Shown one piece after another: positions 40,717 through 51,565 of a stretch of DNA of 64,000 nt. Below the pieces are notes generated by a model that saw nothing but the letters and a program-made list of their open reading frames with translations, had not been told where the DNA came from and searched no databases. A program made the position numbers and the translations under genes. Origin of the DNA: Synechococcus sp. GTDB lineage: Bacteria; Cyanobacteriota; Cyanobacteriia; PCC-6307; Cyanobiaceae. Location: the NCBI GenBank assembly GCA_047285535.1, contig JBJBDC010000001.1, positions 2,688,136-2,752,135 of the forward strand. The letters run 5' to 3'. Every line of letters starts with the position of its first letter. Position 1 is the stretch's first letter.

Positions 40717-42675
40717 ATGCCCCAGAAAATTGTTATTGCTGAGCAATTGCGCATCGCCGCAGTTCTTTCAGATGAATGTGTTGATGAATTGATCGTTGCC
40801 CAGGGCCATTACCAGATCGGTGATGTCTATTTGGGCACTGTTGAGAATGTTCTGCCCGGGATTGATGCCGCTTTCGTTAATATTGGTGAAAGTGAGAAGA
40901 ATGGTTTCATTCATGTCACTGATTTAGGACCTTTGCGCCTCAAGAAAGGTGCTGCAGGAATTACAGAATTGCTTGAACCGCGCCAAAAAGTTCTGGTTCA
41001 GGTGATGAAGGAGCCCACCGGAACGAAAGGCCCTCGGCTTACAGGAAATATCGCACTCCCTGGGAGATACCTCGTCCTTCAGCCCAGTGGACAGGGGGTC
41101 AATATTTCCAGACGAATTGGTTCAGAAGGAGAGCGGAACCGGCTGCGTGCTCTTGGTGTTCTAGTGAAGCCTCCTGGGGCTGGGCTGCTGATTCGTACGG
41201 AAGCCGATGGGATCAGCGAAGAATTGCTGATTGACGATCTTGAATCCCTTCTTCGTCAATGGGAGGCCATTCAAAAAGCTTCAGAGACAGCCTCGCCTCC
41301 GGTGCTTCTGAATCGTGATGAGGATTTTATCCATCGCATTCTTCGTGATCACACGGCTTTGGATTTGGAGCGGGTGGTGGTGGACTCTCCAGTTGCAGTG
41401 GAGCGGGTCCGTTCCTTCCTCGGTGAAGAAGGGAATCATGTCTTAGTCGACGCTCATTGCGATCCCTCAGAGATTCTCGAGCATTACAAAGTGAATGGGG
41501 CGATTCGCGATGCCCTCAAACCGAGGGTCGATCTTCCCTCGGGTGGTTACGTGATCATTGAGCCCACCGAAGCTCTAACAGTTATTGATGTCAACTCTGG
41601 TTCGTTCACCCGCTCAGCCAATGCCAGAGAAACAGTGCTTTGGACCAACTGTGAAGCGGCACTTGAGATTGCTAGACAGTTGCGTCTGCGCAACATCGGA
41701 GGAGTGATTATCGTCGATTTCATCGACATGGATTCCCGTCGAGATCAGCTGCAGCTGCTGGAACATTTCACTGGCGCGATTCGTGATGATGGAGCTCGAC
41801 CTCAAATCGCGCAGCTCACGGAACTGGGTCTTGTCGAGTTAACGCGCAAACGTCAAGGTCAGAATATTTATGAATTGTTTGGACGAGCTTGCACCAGCTG
41901 CGGAGGGCTTGGTCATGTTGCGGTCTTGCCTGGCAAGGATCTGATGCAGCCCCTTGCCACAGCCACCGGATTGGTGCGTTCTGCGGCGTCAGCTCGGGCT
42001 GAGGTCTCCACCGCTGGAGAGGCTTCCAATGCCCGTCGTCGGCGCAATGGAAGAGGCAAGGTTTTGATGGCTTCCGCTTCAGAACGCACCGATGCGCCAT
42101 TGGATGAGGTGGAAAGTGCGCCTGCCTCTGCCTCTGCCTCTGCCTCTGCTGCAATTGAACCTGCAAGTGTTAGTCGACGTCAGGATCCTGAGCTGGTTGC
42201 GGTCCCTATGGATGATGATCAAGAAAAAGTGTATGGATGGCTTGGTCTCAATCCGGCCTTGCTGCTTGATTCTCAGCCGGAATTAGACAACCTGATGGTC
42301 CGCATTGTTCGTCCCGGCGAAGATGCAGATTTGGTGCTGGAGCAAGCGCGACAGCACCTAGCTGCTAACTCGGGCCGTCGCCGTCGCCGTGGTGCAAAAG
42401 GAAATAGTCGTGGCATGCTGCGTCCTGTGACGTCTGGTGGTCACGAGGAGTCAGCAAAGACAGGGCTTTCTCAGCTTGAGTCAGAGGTTGGCTCTCAGCC
42501 TTTGTTTGCGGAAATTCCGCCTTTGGTTGAGACCAAGACCACTTTGATGACATCCGAACCTGAATCGGTCGCCAGGTCTGAGACCTCGATGGACGTAGAG
42601 CCTGCTGACCCGTCCGAATCACGACCTGGACGTCGCCGTCGTCGATCATCCGCCACGACTTCAGAAAATCTTTAG
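40717..42675 (+). CDS. rne: Ribonuclease E
   Basis: S1 domain (LPGIDAAFVNIG), KEPTGTKGPRLT, IDVNSG, RNIGG.I.VDFIDM, zinc link CTSC.G; Arg-rich C-terminal microdomains. Confidence 0.97.
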   Translation: MPQKIVIAEQLRIAAVLSDECVDELIVAQGHYQIGDVYLGTVENVLPGIDAAFVNIGESEKNGFIHVTDLGPLRLKKGAAGITELLEPRQKVLVQVMKEPTGTKGPRLTGNIALPGRYLVLQPSGQGVNISRRIGSEGERNRLRALGVLVKPPGAGLLIRTEADGISEELLIDDLESLLRQWEAIQKASETASPPVLLNRDEDFIHRILRDHTALDLERVVVDSPVAVERVRSFLGEEGNHVLVDAHCDPSEILEHYKVNGAIRDALKPRVDLPSGGYVIIEPTEALTVIDVNSGSFTRSANARETVLWTNCEAALEIARQLRLRNIGGVIIVDFIDMDSRRDQLQLLEHFTGAIRDDGARPQIAQLTELGLVELTRKRQGQNIYELFGRACTSCGGLGHVAVLPGKDLMQPLATATGLVRSAASARAEVSTAGEASNARRRRNGRGKVLMASASERTDAPLDEVESAPASASASASAAIEPASVSRRQDPELVAVPMDDDQEKVYGWLGLNPALLLDSQPELDNLMVRIVRPGEDADLVLEQARQHLAANSGRRRRRGAKGNSRGMLRPVTSGGHEESAKTGLSQLESEVGSQPLFAEIPPLVETKTTLMTSEPESVARSETSMDVEPADPSESRPGRRRRRSSATTSENL

Positions 42676-42681
42676 CTGTCG

Positions 42682-43371
42682 GTGCCTCGTCTGACGATCG
42701 ATGACGATCTCAACACCATCGCCGGGGTGGATGAAGTGGGTCGTGGCTGCTTGTTTGGTCCTGTGTTTGCGGCGTCAGTTGTGCTGACTGATGAAGCGGC
42801 AGAGCTCTTGCAAGCAGCTGGTCTTACCGACAGCAAGGCGTTAACGCCAACTCGACGGGCGGCATTGGTCCCGCTGATTAAGGCTCATTCTCAGGACTGG
42901 GGTTTGGGCCAAAGTTCTGCCAGGGAGATTGATCACCATGGCATTCGATCAGCCACGGAGCGGGCCATGCTGTGTGCTCTTCAGCGCTTGTCCTGCACAC
43001 CCGATCTGGTTTTGGTGGATGGAGTCCTTCCTTTGCGCTTATGGAGGGGGCCTCAACGCACCATCGTGCGTGGTGATAGCAGCAATGCCGCAATTGCGGC
43101 AGCGAGTGTCATGGCAAAAGAGGCTCGAGATGCTTTGATTCGACGCCTTTCCGAACGATTTCCCGGTTATGGGCTGGATCGCCATGCCGGATATGGAACG
43201 GCTCAACATCGGGCCGCTCTACTTGCTTCTGGTCCTACATCCCTTCATCGGCATTCATTTTTGAAAAAGATCTTGCCCCCATGCAGTTCGGCTAATTGCT
43301 CGGAGGTCAGTTCAGACCATGAGACCAGGACTCAAAATCAGCAACAAGCTGACGACCAACTCGACCTTTGA
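42682..43371 (+). CDS. rnhB: Ribonuclease HII
   Basis: [18 protein letters not shown]...IAAAS..AK and H.GYGT motifs. Confidence 0.95.
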   Translation: MPRLTIDDDLNTIAGVDEVGRGCLFGPVFAASVVLTDEAAELLQAAGLTDSKALTPTRRAALVPLIKAHSQDWGLGQSSAREIDHHGIRSATERAMLCALQRLSCTPDLVLVDGVLPLRLWRGPQRTIVRGDSSNAAIAAASVMAKEARDALIRRLSERFPGYGLDRHAGYGTAQHRAALLASGPTSLHRHSFLKKILPPCSSANCSEVSSDHETRTQNQQQADDQLDL

Positions 43372-43822
43372 TCGTTAAGAGAATTCCATTCAGAATTGAT
43401 TCTCCGGTGCTTTCCAGAACTCGTTTGGGAATCAGGCGAAGTAAGGAAGGCTGGCTTACTTCCACACTCAGCATGGCTTCTCCTTGTAATCCACGCGGGG
43501 TGGCTTCAAGCAAGGCTTCCAGGTTCAGTTGAAAGTCATCCACCAACCCCAATCCTGCAAGGTCCGCATCAAGGGCACGGATGCAGACTTTGCCACCTAC
43601 TTCGCCAACTTCTAAATAGACCACTGGTTGCACATGTAGTTGAAACACCTGCAGGGTCGTCACCGTGTAGCGGTAGCGACCTGGTCCCAAAGGCTTGAGC
43701 TGACTGGGGTCAAGCAGTGCTTTGATCACTCGGTCATGCTCATGCAGATAGGCCCGCAAACGTTCTGACTCATCTGCGATTGGTAGATCGAGATGCTGAC
43801 TGGCTCGAAAGGCCAGGGGCAT
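43307..43822 (-). CDS. DUF1997 family protein
   Basis: LAF.ASQ...L, YL....RV..AL.D and VLESTG..IL motifs. Confidence 0.8.
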   Translation of the reverse strand: MPLAFRASQHLDLPIADESERLRAYLHEHDRVIKALLDPSQLKPLGPGRYRYTVTTLQVFQLHVQPVVYLEVGEVGGKVCIRALDADLAGLGLVDDFQLNLEALLEATPRGLQGEAMLSVEVSQPSLLRLIPKRVLESTGESILNGILLTIKGRVGRQLVADFESWSHGLN

Positions 43823-43874
43823 GATCGTGTCCTGACGCGGCATGATCCTATCCATGGATGTGTGTCTTGATCCG

Positions 43875-44714
43875 ATGCCAATGCGCGTGGCTTTTCTCGG
43901 GCCTGAGGGGACCTATGGGGAGCGGGCTGCTATTAGCCTAATGAGACTTGAATCCATCGAAAGCCCAGAACTGGTGGCGTGTTCGGGGCTTCGTTCAGTG
44001 GTGGAACACGTTGCTGATGGTCGCTGTGATGTGGCTGTTGTGCCGGTGGAGAACTCCGTTGAGGGTGGGGTAACGGCAACCCTTGACGCTCTCTGGTCTT
44101 ATTCGAACTTGAGGATTCGTCGAGCTGTTGTTCTGCCTGTTCGTCATGCGTTGTTGAGTAGCGGGTCTCTGGACGATATTTCTGAAGTTTTGTCCCACCC
44201 TCAGGCTCTTGCTCAGTGCAGCAGTTGGTTGGCGCTTCATCTTCCTAAGGCTGTGCAACTTCCGGCCAGCTCTACTGCTGAAGCGGCTCGAATGGTGCGT
44301 GGCAGTCATTTCAGAGCTGCCATTGCAGATCGCTCCGTAGGCGCACAGAGGGGACTCAAGGAGTTGGCCTATCCCGTGAATGATGTAAGCGGAAACTGCA
44401 CGCGTTTTTTGTTGCTTGAGAATGGCGGTGGGAGTGGCAAGGGGGATGTCGCTAGCCTTGCTTTCTCGTTGCAAAAAAATGCTCCCGGAGCCTTAATCGA
44501 GGCTTTGGCCGCGATCGCTCAGCTCGGGCTCAACATGACCCGAATTGAATCACGACCATCGAAACGTGAGCTTGGCGAATACGTTTTTTTTGTGGATGTT
44601 GAGTTGACCGATCAACTGACTGATGAGGCCCTTAATGATCTGACAACACGATTGAAGCCCTTATGTGAGCACCTTGTTCATTTCGGTGCTTACCCAAGCT
44701 CAATTCTTGAGTGA
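43875..44714 (+). CDS. pheA: Prephenate dehydratase
   Basis: LGPEGTY, VPVENSVEG, SHPQAL.QC, N.TRF and ACT-domain IESRP motifs. Confidence 0.96.
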   Translation: MPMRVAFLGPEGTYGERAAISLMRLESIESPELVACSGLRSVVEHVADGRCDVAVVPVENSVEGGVTATLDALWSYSNLRIRRAVVLPVRHALLSSGSLDDISEVLSHPQALAQCSSWLALHLPKAVQLPASSTAEAARMVRGSHFRAAIADRSVGAQRGLKELAYPVNDVSGNCTRFLLLENGGGSGKGDVASLAFSLQKNAPGALIEALAAIAQLGLNMTRIESRPSKRELGEYVFFVDVELTDQLTDEALNDLTTRLKPLCEHLVHFGAYPSSILE

Positions 44715-44716
44715 TT

Positions 44717-45661
44717 TTAAAATTGATTTATTTTGAAGACCCCAAACTGCATCATCCCTCGGGCAAAGGCCCAACGCATGAGTAGGAGTGTTGGGGTTTC
44801 TCTCATACCCTGAATAATGGCCTTGGGGCCTAGACGCAGGATCGCACTGGGTCGCCGCAGCCCTTCAATAATCGATTCATTCCAAGAAGGCAGGGTGGCA
44901 TCTGTCCAGTTGTCGGTGATGATCGCCCCTCGATGATGTGAGCTGTTCTCAAGATTCTGGCGAAAACCTCGAATGCTGGCAAATTCAGGATGGGCCCATT
45001 GTGTGAGCAGTTGATGCATCACCCAGCGTTCGCGGCGATCAAGGGCTCCATCACAGTGATCACGACGATTCCAGTCAGCAACTGCTAGTTGACCGCCCGG
45101 TTTAAGTACTCGTAGAAGTTCATCCGCAAAACGCTGTTTGTCGGGCATGTGGGGACCGGCTTCGACACTCCAAACAGCATCGAAGCTCTCATCGTCGAGT
45201 TGAAGATTGAGGGCATCCATCACAGCAAAGTGACAAGGCAGCCTGTCTTCTGTGAGTTGGGTAGCTCGTTTGATCTGAGCTGGACTGATGCTGATCCCCA
45301 GTACATCTAACCCGTAGTCGCGGGCAAGGATTCTTGCGCTTCCACCAATACCGCATCCCACATCCAAGACACGCGCTCCTGGCGGTAATCGATCTAACCC
45401 ACTCCAGTGAACCAACTCGTGGACGAAGTCGGCTTTGGCTTGCCTGAAATCCTTTCGCTGTGGTGGAGCTCCGTAGTGTCCTAGATGAACATGTTCACCC
45501 CAGAGGGTCTCAAGCAATTGATCGTCAGTCCAAGCGTCATAGGCAGCGGCAACGCTCTCATTGGAGTGATAAGCCCGATTGCGCCGGTTCCAGAGTTGAT
45601 AGGCACTTCCACATAGCAGCAACCCCAATGCTGTTGAAATCAGTAGGGTTTGTGAGGACAT
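44717..45661 (-). CDS. SAM-dependent methyltransferase, MPBQ/MSBQ (tocopherol/plastoquinone) type
   Basis: WGEHVHLGHY, VLDVGCGIGG and E.GPHMPDK motifs. Confidence 0.85.
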   Translation of the reverse strand: MSSQTLLISTALGLLLCGSAYQLWNRRNRAYHSNESVAAAYDAWTDDQLLETLWGEHVHLGHYGAPPQRKDFRQAKADFVHELVHWSGLDRLPPGARVLDVGCGIGGSARILARDYGLDVLGISISPAQIKRATQLTEDRLPCHFAVMDALNLQLDDESFDAVWSVEAGPHMPDKQRFADELLRVLKPGGQLAVADWNRRDHCDGALDRRERWVMHQLLTQWAHPEFASIRGFRQNLENSSHHRGAIITDNWTDATLPSWNESIIEGLRRPSAILRLGPKAIIQGMRETPTLLLMRWAFARGMMQFGVFKINQF

Positions 45662-46323
45662 TAGCCGTTGCTGGGATCGGTCTCTGAAAGGGTGTCCCGT
45701 AAAACTGTGCGAGCAGCAAGTTGTCGACGGGTCTCGTCCAACATCTCGTATTCATGTTCCAGACGTGTCCGAGTACTCGTGAGTTCCAAGAGACTCTGTT
45801 GTTGATCGGCCACTGGCCCACCTAGATGAGCTCCAATCCAGAACGATAGTTCGCGAGGAAGGTCTGGAAGATCTTCGGGTAGTGCTGCTGTCGAGTTGGT
45901 CAGTTTGCCGGTGAGTTTGACGACATCTCGCAAGGCTTTAGTCACATTCGCTGCTAAGGACTCCAAATCACTGATGTTCTCGACCGGATCATCTTCAATC
46001 CAGCTCACCATCGCGGAACGAAACGGAGTCTCGCGAGTGATATTGAGCACCCGAAAGCGTTGTTGCCCGAGAGTCACGATATTGCTACGACCATCATCTC
46101 CCGTTTGATGTTGAATGACCTCAGCGCAACATCCAACAGCTGCCATGGTTTGCTGATGTGGGTCCCATCGCACCACACCAAAACGACGATCAGTTTCCAG
46201 GACGCTTTGCAACATCATTCGGTATCGCGACTCGAAAATATGCAATGGCAGAACATCGCTGGGAAACAGAACCACATCCGGCAGAGGGAACAGAGGGAGT
46301 TCTCTGACGGATAGATCAACCAC
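45661..46323 (-). CDS. LON peptidase substrate-binding domain protein
   Basis: ELPLFPLP.VVLFP...LPLHIFE.RYR.M motif. Confidence 0.9.
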   Translation of the reverse strand: MVDLSVRELPLFPLPDVVLFPSDVLPLHIFESRYRMMLQSVLETDRRFGVVRWDPHQQTMAAVGCCAEVIQHQTGDDGRSNIVTLGQQRFRVLNITRETPFRSAMVSWIEDDPVENISDLESLAANVTKALRDVVKLTGKLTNSTAALPEDLPDLPRELSFWIGAHLGGPVADQQQSLLELTSTRTRLEHEYEMLDETRRQLAARTVLRDTLSETDPSNG

Positions 46324-46380
46324 GCAGGTTCAGAGCAGACAGCAAAATAATAGGCAGCTGTCCATTTGATGTGGCTTTGA

Positions 46381-46701
46381 TCAGAGCTTGACTTCGATGT
46401 CAACTCCGCTTGGAAGATCGAGCTTCATGAGAGCGTCGATTGTTTTGGCAGAAGGACTGTAAATATCAATGATCCTGCGATGAGTCCGCGTTTCGAAGTG
46501 CTCGCGCGAGTCCTTATCTACATGGGGGGAGCGCAGAACACAATAAATTTTGCGTTTGGTGGGCAGGGGGATGGGCCCAATGGCTGTGGCTGCCGTGTTG
46601 TCGGCAGTTTCAATGATTTTGTCGCAAGAGAGATCGAGCATGCGGCGGTCAAACGCCTTGAGGCGAATGCGGATCTTTTGCTGAGCGATTGCGGTGGACA
46701 T
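46381..46701 (-). CDS. rpsJ: 30S ribosomal protein S10
   Basis: [17 protein letters not shown] and [14 protein letters not shown] motifs. Confidence 0.99.
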   Translation of the reverse strand: MSTAIAQQKIRIRLKAFDRRMLDLSCDKIIETADNTAATAIGPIPLPTKRKIYCVLRSPHVDKDSREHFETRTHRRIIDIYSPSAKTIDALMKLDLPSGVDIEVKL

Positions 46702-46855
46702 GGAAACGCAAGAAAGTCTCCAGAAGAGACTGAGAGGATGGATTGTCGAGGTTCGAACTGGAAGAACATCTGATTTCGATGTTCTTCCACTCTGGAACTG
46801 TAGGGGACGGCCTCACCGCAGTCAGGCCAAAACCCACGATGGTGAAAGAGTCAGA

Positions 46856-48055
46856 TCATTCGATGATCTTGGAAACGACTCCAGCGCCAATGGTGCGTCC
46901 ACCTTCTCGAATAGCGAAGCGCATGCCCATTTCCATGGCTACAGGGCAGATCAACTCACCAGTCATTTGGATGTTGTCTCCGGGCATAACCATTTCAACA
47001 TTGCTGCCATCTTCAGCCGTGAAAGCGGTGATTTGGCCAGTCACATCCGTGGTGCGGATGTAGAACTGCGGGCGGTAGCCAGCAAAGAAAGGTGTGTGGC
47101 GTCCACCTTCTTCTTTTTTGAGTACATACACCTGGCCCTCAAACTTGGTGTGAGGAGTGATGGAGCCAGGCTTGACGATCACCATGCCGCGCTCGATGTC
47201 TTCCTTCTGGATACCACGTAACAGCAGGCCCACATTGTCTCCAGCCATGCCCTCGTCGAGCAATTTGCGGAACATTTCAACCCCGGTAACGGTGGTTTTC
47301 CGAGGCTCTCGGATGCCAACGATTTCGACTTCTTCGCCGACTTTGACGATGCCGCGTTCAATGCGGCCAGTCGCGACAGTGCCACGTCCGGTGATGGAGA
47401 ACACGTCCTCAACAGCCATCAGGAACGGCTTATCAATTTCACGCTCTGGTTCTGGGATGCTTGCATCCACTGCTGTCATCAATTCATCAATTTTGGCTTC
47501 CCACTCTGCTTCACCTTCAATCGCTTTTAGACCCGACACTTGGATGACCGGGATGTCATCACCAGGGAAGTCATAGCTGGAGAGCAATTCTCGGATCTCC
47601 ATCTCAACGAGTTCGATGATCTCTTCATCATCGACCATGTCGCACTTATTGAGAGCAACAACCAGAGCTGGAACTCCAACCTGCTTGGCCAGAAGGATGT
47701 GTTCTTTGGTTTGGGCCATAGGGCCATCAGTTGCAGCACACACAAGGATGGCTCCATCCATCTGCGCTGCTCCAGTGATCATGTTTTTCACATAGTCCGC
47801 GTGACCAGGACAGTCAACGTGGGCGTAGTGACGGCTATCTGTTTCGTACTCAACGTGCGCAGTATTGATGGTGATGCCACGCTCGCGCTCTTCCGGAGCC
47901 CCATCAATATCAGCATAGTCTTGAACCTTGGCCTGACCTTTCTTGGCGAGCACATTGGTGATCGCTGCGGTGAGTGTGGTTTTGCCGTGATCAACGTGGC
48001 CGATGGTGCCGATGTTGACGTGGGGCTTGTTCCTTTCGAACTTCTCGCGAGCCAT
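46856..48055 (-). CDS. tufA: Elongation factor Tu
   Basis: [24 protein letters not shown] and NKCD motifs. Confidence 0.99.
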   Translation of the reverse strand: MAREKFERNKPHVNIGTIGHVDHGKTTLTAAITNVLAKKGQAKVQDYADIDGAPEERERGITINTAHVEYETDSRHYAHVDCPGHADYVKNMITGAAQMDGAILVCAATDGPMAQTKEHILLAKQVGVPALVVALNKCDMVDDEEIIELVEMEIRELLSSYDFPGDDIPVIQVSGLKAIEGEAEWEAKIDELMTAVDASIPEPEREIDKPFLMAVEDVFSITGRGTVATGRIERGIVKVGEEVEIVGIREPRKTTVTGVEMFRKLLDEGMAGDNVGLLLRGIQKEDIERGMVIVKPGSITPHTKFEGQVYVLKKEEGGRHTPFFAGYRPQFYIRTTDVTGQITAFTAEDGSNVEMVMPGDNIQMTGELICPVAMEMGMRFAIREGGRTIGAGVVSKIIE

Positions 48056-48097
48056 TTTGGTAAAGAATCTAGGGGTGAAATAAGTGAAGTGTAGAGA

Positions 48098-50173
48098 TCA
48101 GGAATTGCCCTGATTCTTGGAGATGATGGCCTCGGCCACGTTGCGAGGAACATCCTCGTAGTGGCTGAACTCCATCGAAAAAATACCCCGACCCTGAGTC
48201 ATGGATCGGAGTTCGGTGGCATAACCGAACATCTCGGCCAGGGGCACCTTGGACGAAACTTTAGACGTTCCGTCGTCAACGGACTGACCTTCTACCTGTC
48301 CACGGCGTGACGACAGGTCGCCGATCACCGAACCGAGGAAATCCTCGGGGATTTCGACTTCGACCTTCATCATCGGCTCCAGAAGCACGGGATTGCACTT
48401 CTTGACCGCATCCTTAAAGGCCATGGAGCCAGCAATCTTGAAAGCCATTTCTGACGAGTCCACATCGTGGTAGGACCCATCGACCATCGTGCATTTGACA
48501 TCAATGAGTGGATAGCCGGCAATGACGCCCGATTCGCATGTTTCCTTCATGCCTTGCTCGGCTGGCTTGATGTATTCCTTGGGAACGACACCACCAACAA
48601 TCTTGTTGATGAATTCAAAACCCGATTCTGGTTCGCCAGGTTCCATCTCGATCACCACATGACCGTATTGGCCTTTACCGCCGGTTTGGCGAGAGAATTT
48701 GCCTTCCCCCTTTGATGAACCACGGATGGTCTCTCGATAAGAGACCTGCGGTGCACCGATGTTGGCTTCGACTTTGAATTCGCGAAGCATGCGATCCACC
48801 AGAATTTCCAAGTGGAGCTCTCCCATCCCGGCAATGACGGTCTGGCCAGTTTCCTGATCTGTTCGCACACGGAAAGTAGGGTCTTCCTCGGCCAATGCCA
48901 CCAAAGCTTTGGAGAGTTTCTCCATGTCGCCTTTGGTTTTGGGCTCGACCGCCACAGAGATCACCGGTTCGGGAACGAACAGGGTCTCCAGGACGATTGG
49001 CTCTTCGACGGAGCAGAGGGTGTCACCAGTGGTGGTGGCCTTCAGGCCGAGTACGGCTCCGAGGTCACCGGCGCGTAGTTCGTCAACTTCCTCACGGTCG
49101 TCGGCTTTCAGAACGACCAAGCGAGAAATGCGTTCTTTGGAGTCCTTCGTGGAGTTCAGCACATAGCTCCCCTTGGCCAGGATGCCTGAATACATTCGAA
49201 CGAAGGTGAGCTTTCCGTAAGGATCGGCCATCACCTTGAATGCCAAAGCGCTAAAGGGTGCGTTGTCGTCAGACGGACGAACTGCTTCAGATCCATCGGG
49301 CAAGATGCCTTGGATCGGGGGCACATCAATCGGGGCTGGTAAGTAATCAACAACAGCATCGAGAACGAGTTGCACTCCTTTGTTCTTGAAGGCCGAACCA
49401 CACAGCACAGGCACAAGACCGTGCTTCAAGACACCTGTGCGAATACCTTTCTTTAGTTCTGAATTGGAAAGTTCACCTGATTCAAGGAACTTTTCAATAA
49501 GGTCTTCGTCGGTCTCAGCGATCGTCTCCATCAAGACATTGCGCCACTTGTCAACTTCATCTTTCATGTTGGCAGGAACATCGGAGATCTCGATGTCTTG
49601 GCCTAAATCATCTTTATAGATGTGAGCTTGGTTTTCAACCAAATCAATGATTCCACTTAGCTCACCTTCAGCTCCAATGGGAATCTGAATGGGAACGGCA
49701 TTAGCTTTCAGGCGATCTTTGATCTGGCCATAGACTTTTAAGAAGTCGGCACCGGTTCTGTCCATCTTGTTGACGAACACCATGCGTGGAACCGAATAGC
49801 GATCAGCCTGTCGCCATACCGTTTCAGACTGTGGCTGAACACCACCAACAGCACAAAAAACTGCGATAACTCCATCCAGCACCCGCATGGATCGCTCAAC
49901 TTCGATGGTGAAGTCAACATGCCCAGGCGTGTCGATGATATTGATCCGGTGGTCATTCCAGCTCGTTGAAATAGCAGCAGCCGTAATGGTGATGCCGCGC
50001 TCCCGCTCTTGGGCCATCCAATCGGTTACAGCTGCACCGTCATGCACTTCACCAATTTTGTGTACGACACCGGAGTAGAAGAGAATCCTCTCAGTGGTGG
50101 TTGTTTTACCAGCGTCAATATGGGCTGCAATACCAATATTTCTGACGCGTTCCAGGGGAAAGGCGCGTGCCAC
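48098..50173 (-). CDS. fusA: Elongation factor G
   Basis: [17 protein letters not shown] and NKMD motifs; str operon context. Confidence 0.99.
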   Translation of the reverse strand: MARAFPLERVRNIGIAAHIDAGKTTTTERILFYSGVVHKIGEVHDGAAVTDWMAQERERGITITAAAISTSWNDHRINIIDTPGHVDFTIEVERSMRVLDGVIAVFCAVGGVQPQSETVWRQADRYSVPRMVFVNKMDRTGADFLKVYGQIKDRLKANAVPIQIPIGAEGELSGIIDLVENQAHIYKDDLGQDIEISDVPANMKDEVDKWRNVLMETIAETDEDLIEKFLESGELSNSELKKGIRTGVLKHGLVPVLCGSAFKNKGVQLVLDAVVDYLPAPIDVPPIQGILPDGSEAVRPSDDNAPFSALAFKVMADPYGKLTFVRMYSGILAKGSYVLNSTKDSKERISRLVVLKADDREEVDELRAGDLGAVLGLKATTTGDTLCSVEEPIVLETLFVPEPVISVAVEPKTKGDMEKLSKALVALAEEDPTFRVRTDQETGQTVIAGMGELHLEILVDRMLREFKVEANIGAPQVSYRETIRGSSKGEGKFSRQTGGKGQYGHVVIEMEPGEPESGFEFINKIVGGVVPKEYIKPAEQGMKETCESGVIAGYPLIDVKCTMVDGSYHDVDSSEMAFKIAGSMAFKDAVKKCNPVLLEPMMKVEVEIPEDFLGSVIGDLSSRRGQVEGQSVDDGTSKVSSKVPLAEMFGYATELRSMTQGRGIFSMEFSHYEDVPRNVAEAIISKNQGNS

Positions 50174-50250
50174 AGGATTCTCCGGGGTGGGGCGTTAAAA
50201 GGCGGGTGAGACTCTACAGCTCAACCTGAGGTGAACAGGTCTAGTAAAGA

Positions 50251-50721
50251 TCAGTAGCGATAGTGGGCGAAAGCTTTATTCGCTTCAGCCATCTTGTGAG
50301 TCTCTTCTCGTTTGCGGACGGCACTGCCTGCTTCGTTGGCGGCATCCATCAGTTCTCCAGCTAGCTTCTGCGCCATGCTGCGACCATTACGTGCTCTTGA
50401 GAAATTGACAAGCCAACGCAGAGCCATGGCGGTGCCGCGTTCTTGACGGACTTCCATCGGCACTTGGTAGGTGGCACCTCCAACACGTCGAGCACGCACT
50501 TCGACCAAGGGAGTTGCATTCTTGACTGCCGTTTCGAACAGCTCAACAGGATCACCACCGGTGCGCTCACCAATCAATCCAAAGGCATCAGAGAGAATGC
50601 GCTGAGCGGTGGACTTTTTCCCATGCTTCATCAATCGAGCCACCATCATGGTTGCAAGACGGTTGTTGAATTGAGGATCCGGAAGGATTGGGCGCTTGAC
50701 TGCTGCGTTACGGCGTGACAT
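50251..50721 (-). CDS. rpsG: 30S ribosomal protein S7
   Basis: [11 protein letters not shown] and [14 protein letters not shown] motifs. Confidence 0.99.
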   Translation of the reverse strand: MSRRNAAVKRPILPDPQFNNRLATMMVARLMKHGKKSTAQRILSDAFGLIGERTGGDPVELFETAVKNATPLVEVRARRVGGATYQVPMEVRQERGTAMALRWLVNFSRARNGRSMAQKLAGELMDAANEAGSAVRKREETHKMAEANKAFAHYRY

Positions 50722-50768
50722 GAACCGTTAGGAGTGGAGAAAGAGAATGGACAATGAAGGAATGAAAA

Positions 50769-51143
50769 TCAGTCCTTGGGAGTTTTGGCACCGTATTTTG
50801 AACGGGATTGACGGCGATCTTTCACACCCGCGGTATCTAAGGTTCCGCGAATGATGTGATAGCGAACACCAGGAAGATCCTTGACTCTTCCTCCACGGAT
50901 TAGCACCACAGAGTGTTCTTGAAGGTTATGGCCGATTCCGCCGATGTATGCCGTTACCTCAAATCCAGAGGTGAGACGAACACGGGCTACTTTGCGCAGC
51001 GCCGAATTCGGCTTTTTGGGAGTGGAGGTGTACACACGAGTGCAAACTCCTCGCCGCTCAGGGCAAGCCCTAAGAGCAGGTGATTTTGTTTTCGCCTTGA
51101 GGGTCTGACGCTCGTGACGGATGAGTTGCTGGATGGTTGGCAT
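50769..51143 (-). CDS. rpsL: 30S ribosomal protein S12
   Basis: MPTIQQL start at 51143; [10 protein letters not shown] and [12 protein letters not shown] motifs. Confidence 0.99.
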   Translation of the reverse strand: MPTIQQLIRHERQTLKAKTKSPALRACPERRGVCTRVYTSTPKKPNSALRKVARVRLTSGFEVTAYIGGIGHNLQEHSVVLIRGGRVKDLPGVRYHIIRGTLDTAGVKDRRQSRSKYGAKTPKD

Positions 51144-51218
51144 CGACGGTCGGGATGCGGCCGGAGACCCGACCTGGTTCGACAATCTCCCACCTTACTG
51201 GTTCACCTGACCGTGTTC

Positions 51219-51545
51219 TCAACAACGTGAAAATGCACTGCCGCAGAGGCAGCAACGGACGTTGTCCTGAGGGCTGATCAGAAAACCGCCACCACTGAGA
51301 TCACCCCTGTAGTCCAGGCAAAGTCCCTCTAGGAGATGCAGTTGCTCTTCGGGTGCATGAAGGGTGACCCCATCCGCTCTGGCCATCACAATCCCGGCGA
51401 GGTGTCCAGGACGAAGTCGGATCACGTGTTGTTCACAGCTCCCGGACACTAAATCGAGGTGCATGAGCCCAGGTGTTCCTGCAATGGCAGCCTGACGCCC
51501 TAGTTCCGCAGCAGCGGAGGCGCTGATTGAGAACGTGGCACTCAT
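51219..51545 (-). CDS. HesB/IscA-like Fe-S carrier fold protein
   Basis: GSC, LDY..DLSGGGF and C.CG.AF motifs. Confidence 0.78.
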   Translation of the reverse strand: MSATFSISASAAAELGRQAAIAGTPGLMHLDLVSGSCEQHVIRLRPGHLAGIVMARADGVTLHAPEEQLHLLEGLCLDYRGDLSGGGFLISPQDNVRCCLCGSAFSRC

Positions 51546-51565
51546 AAGCCATTCGCTTGCTTGAC

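Noticed and set aside
46694..50209. Long plus-strand ORFs opposite tufA and fusA
   Set aside because: Typical antisense open frames of strongly codon-biased genes.
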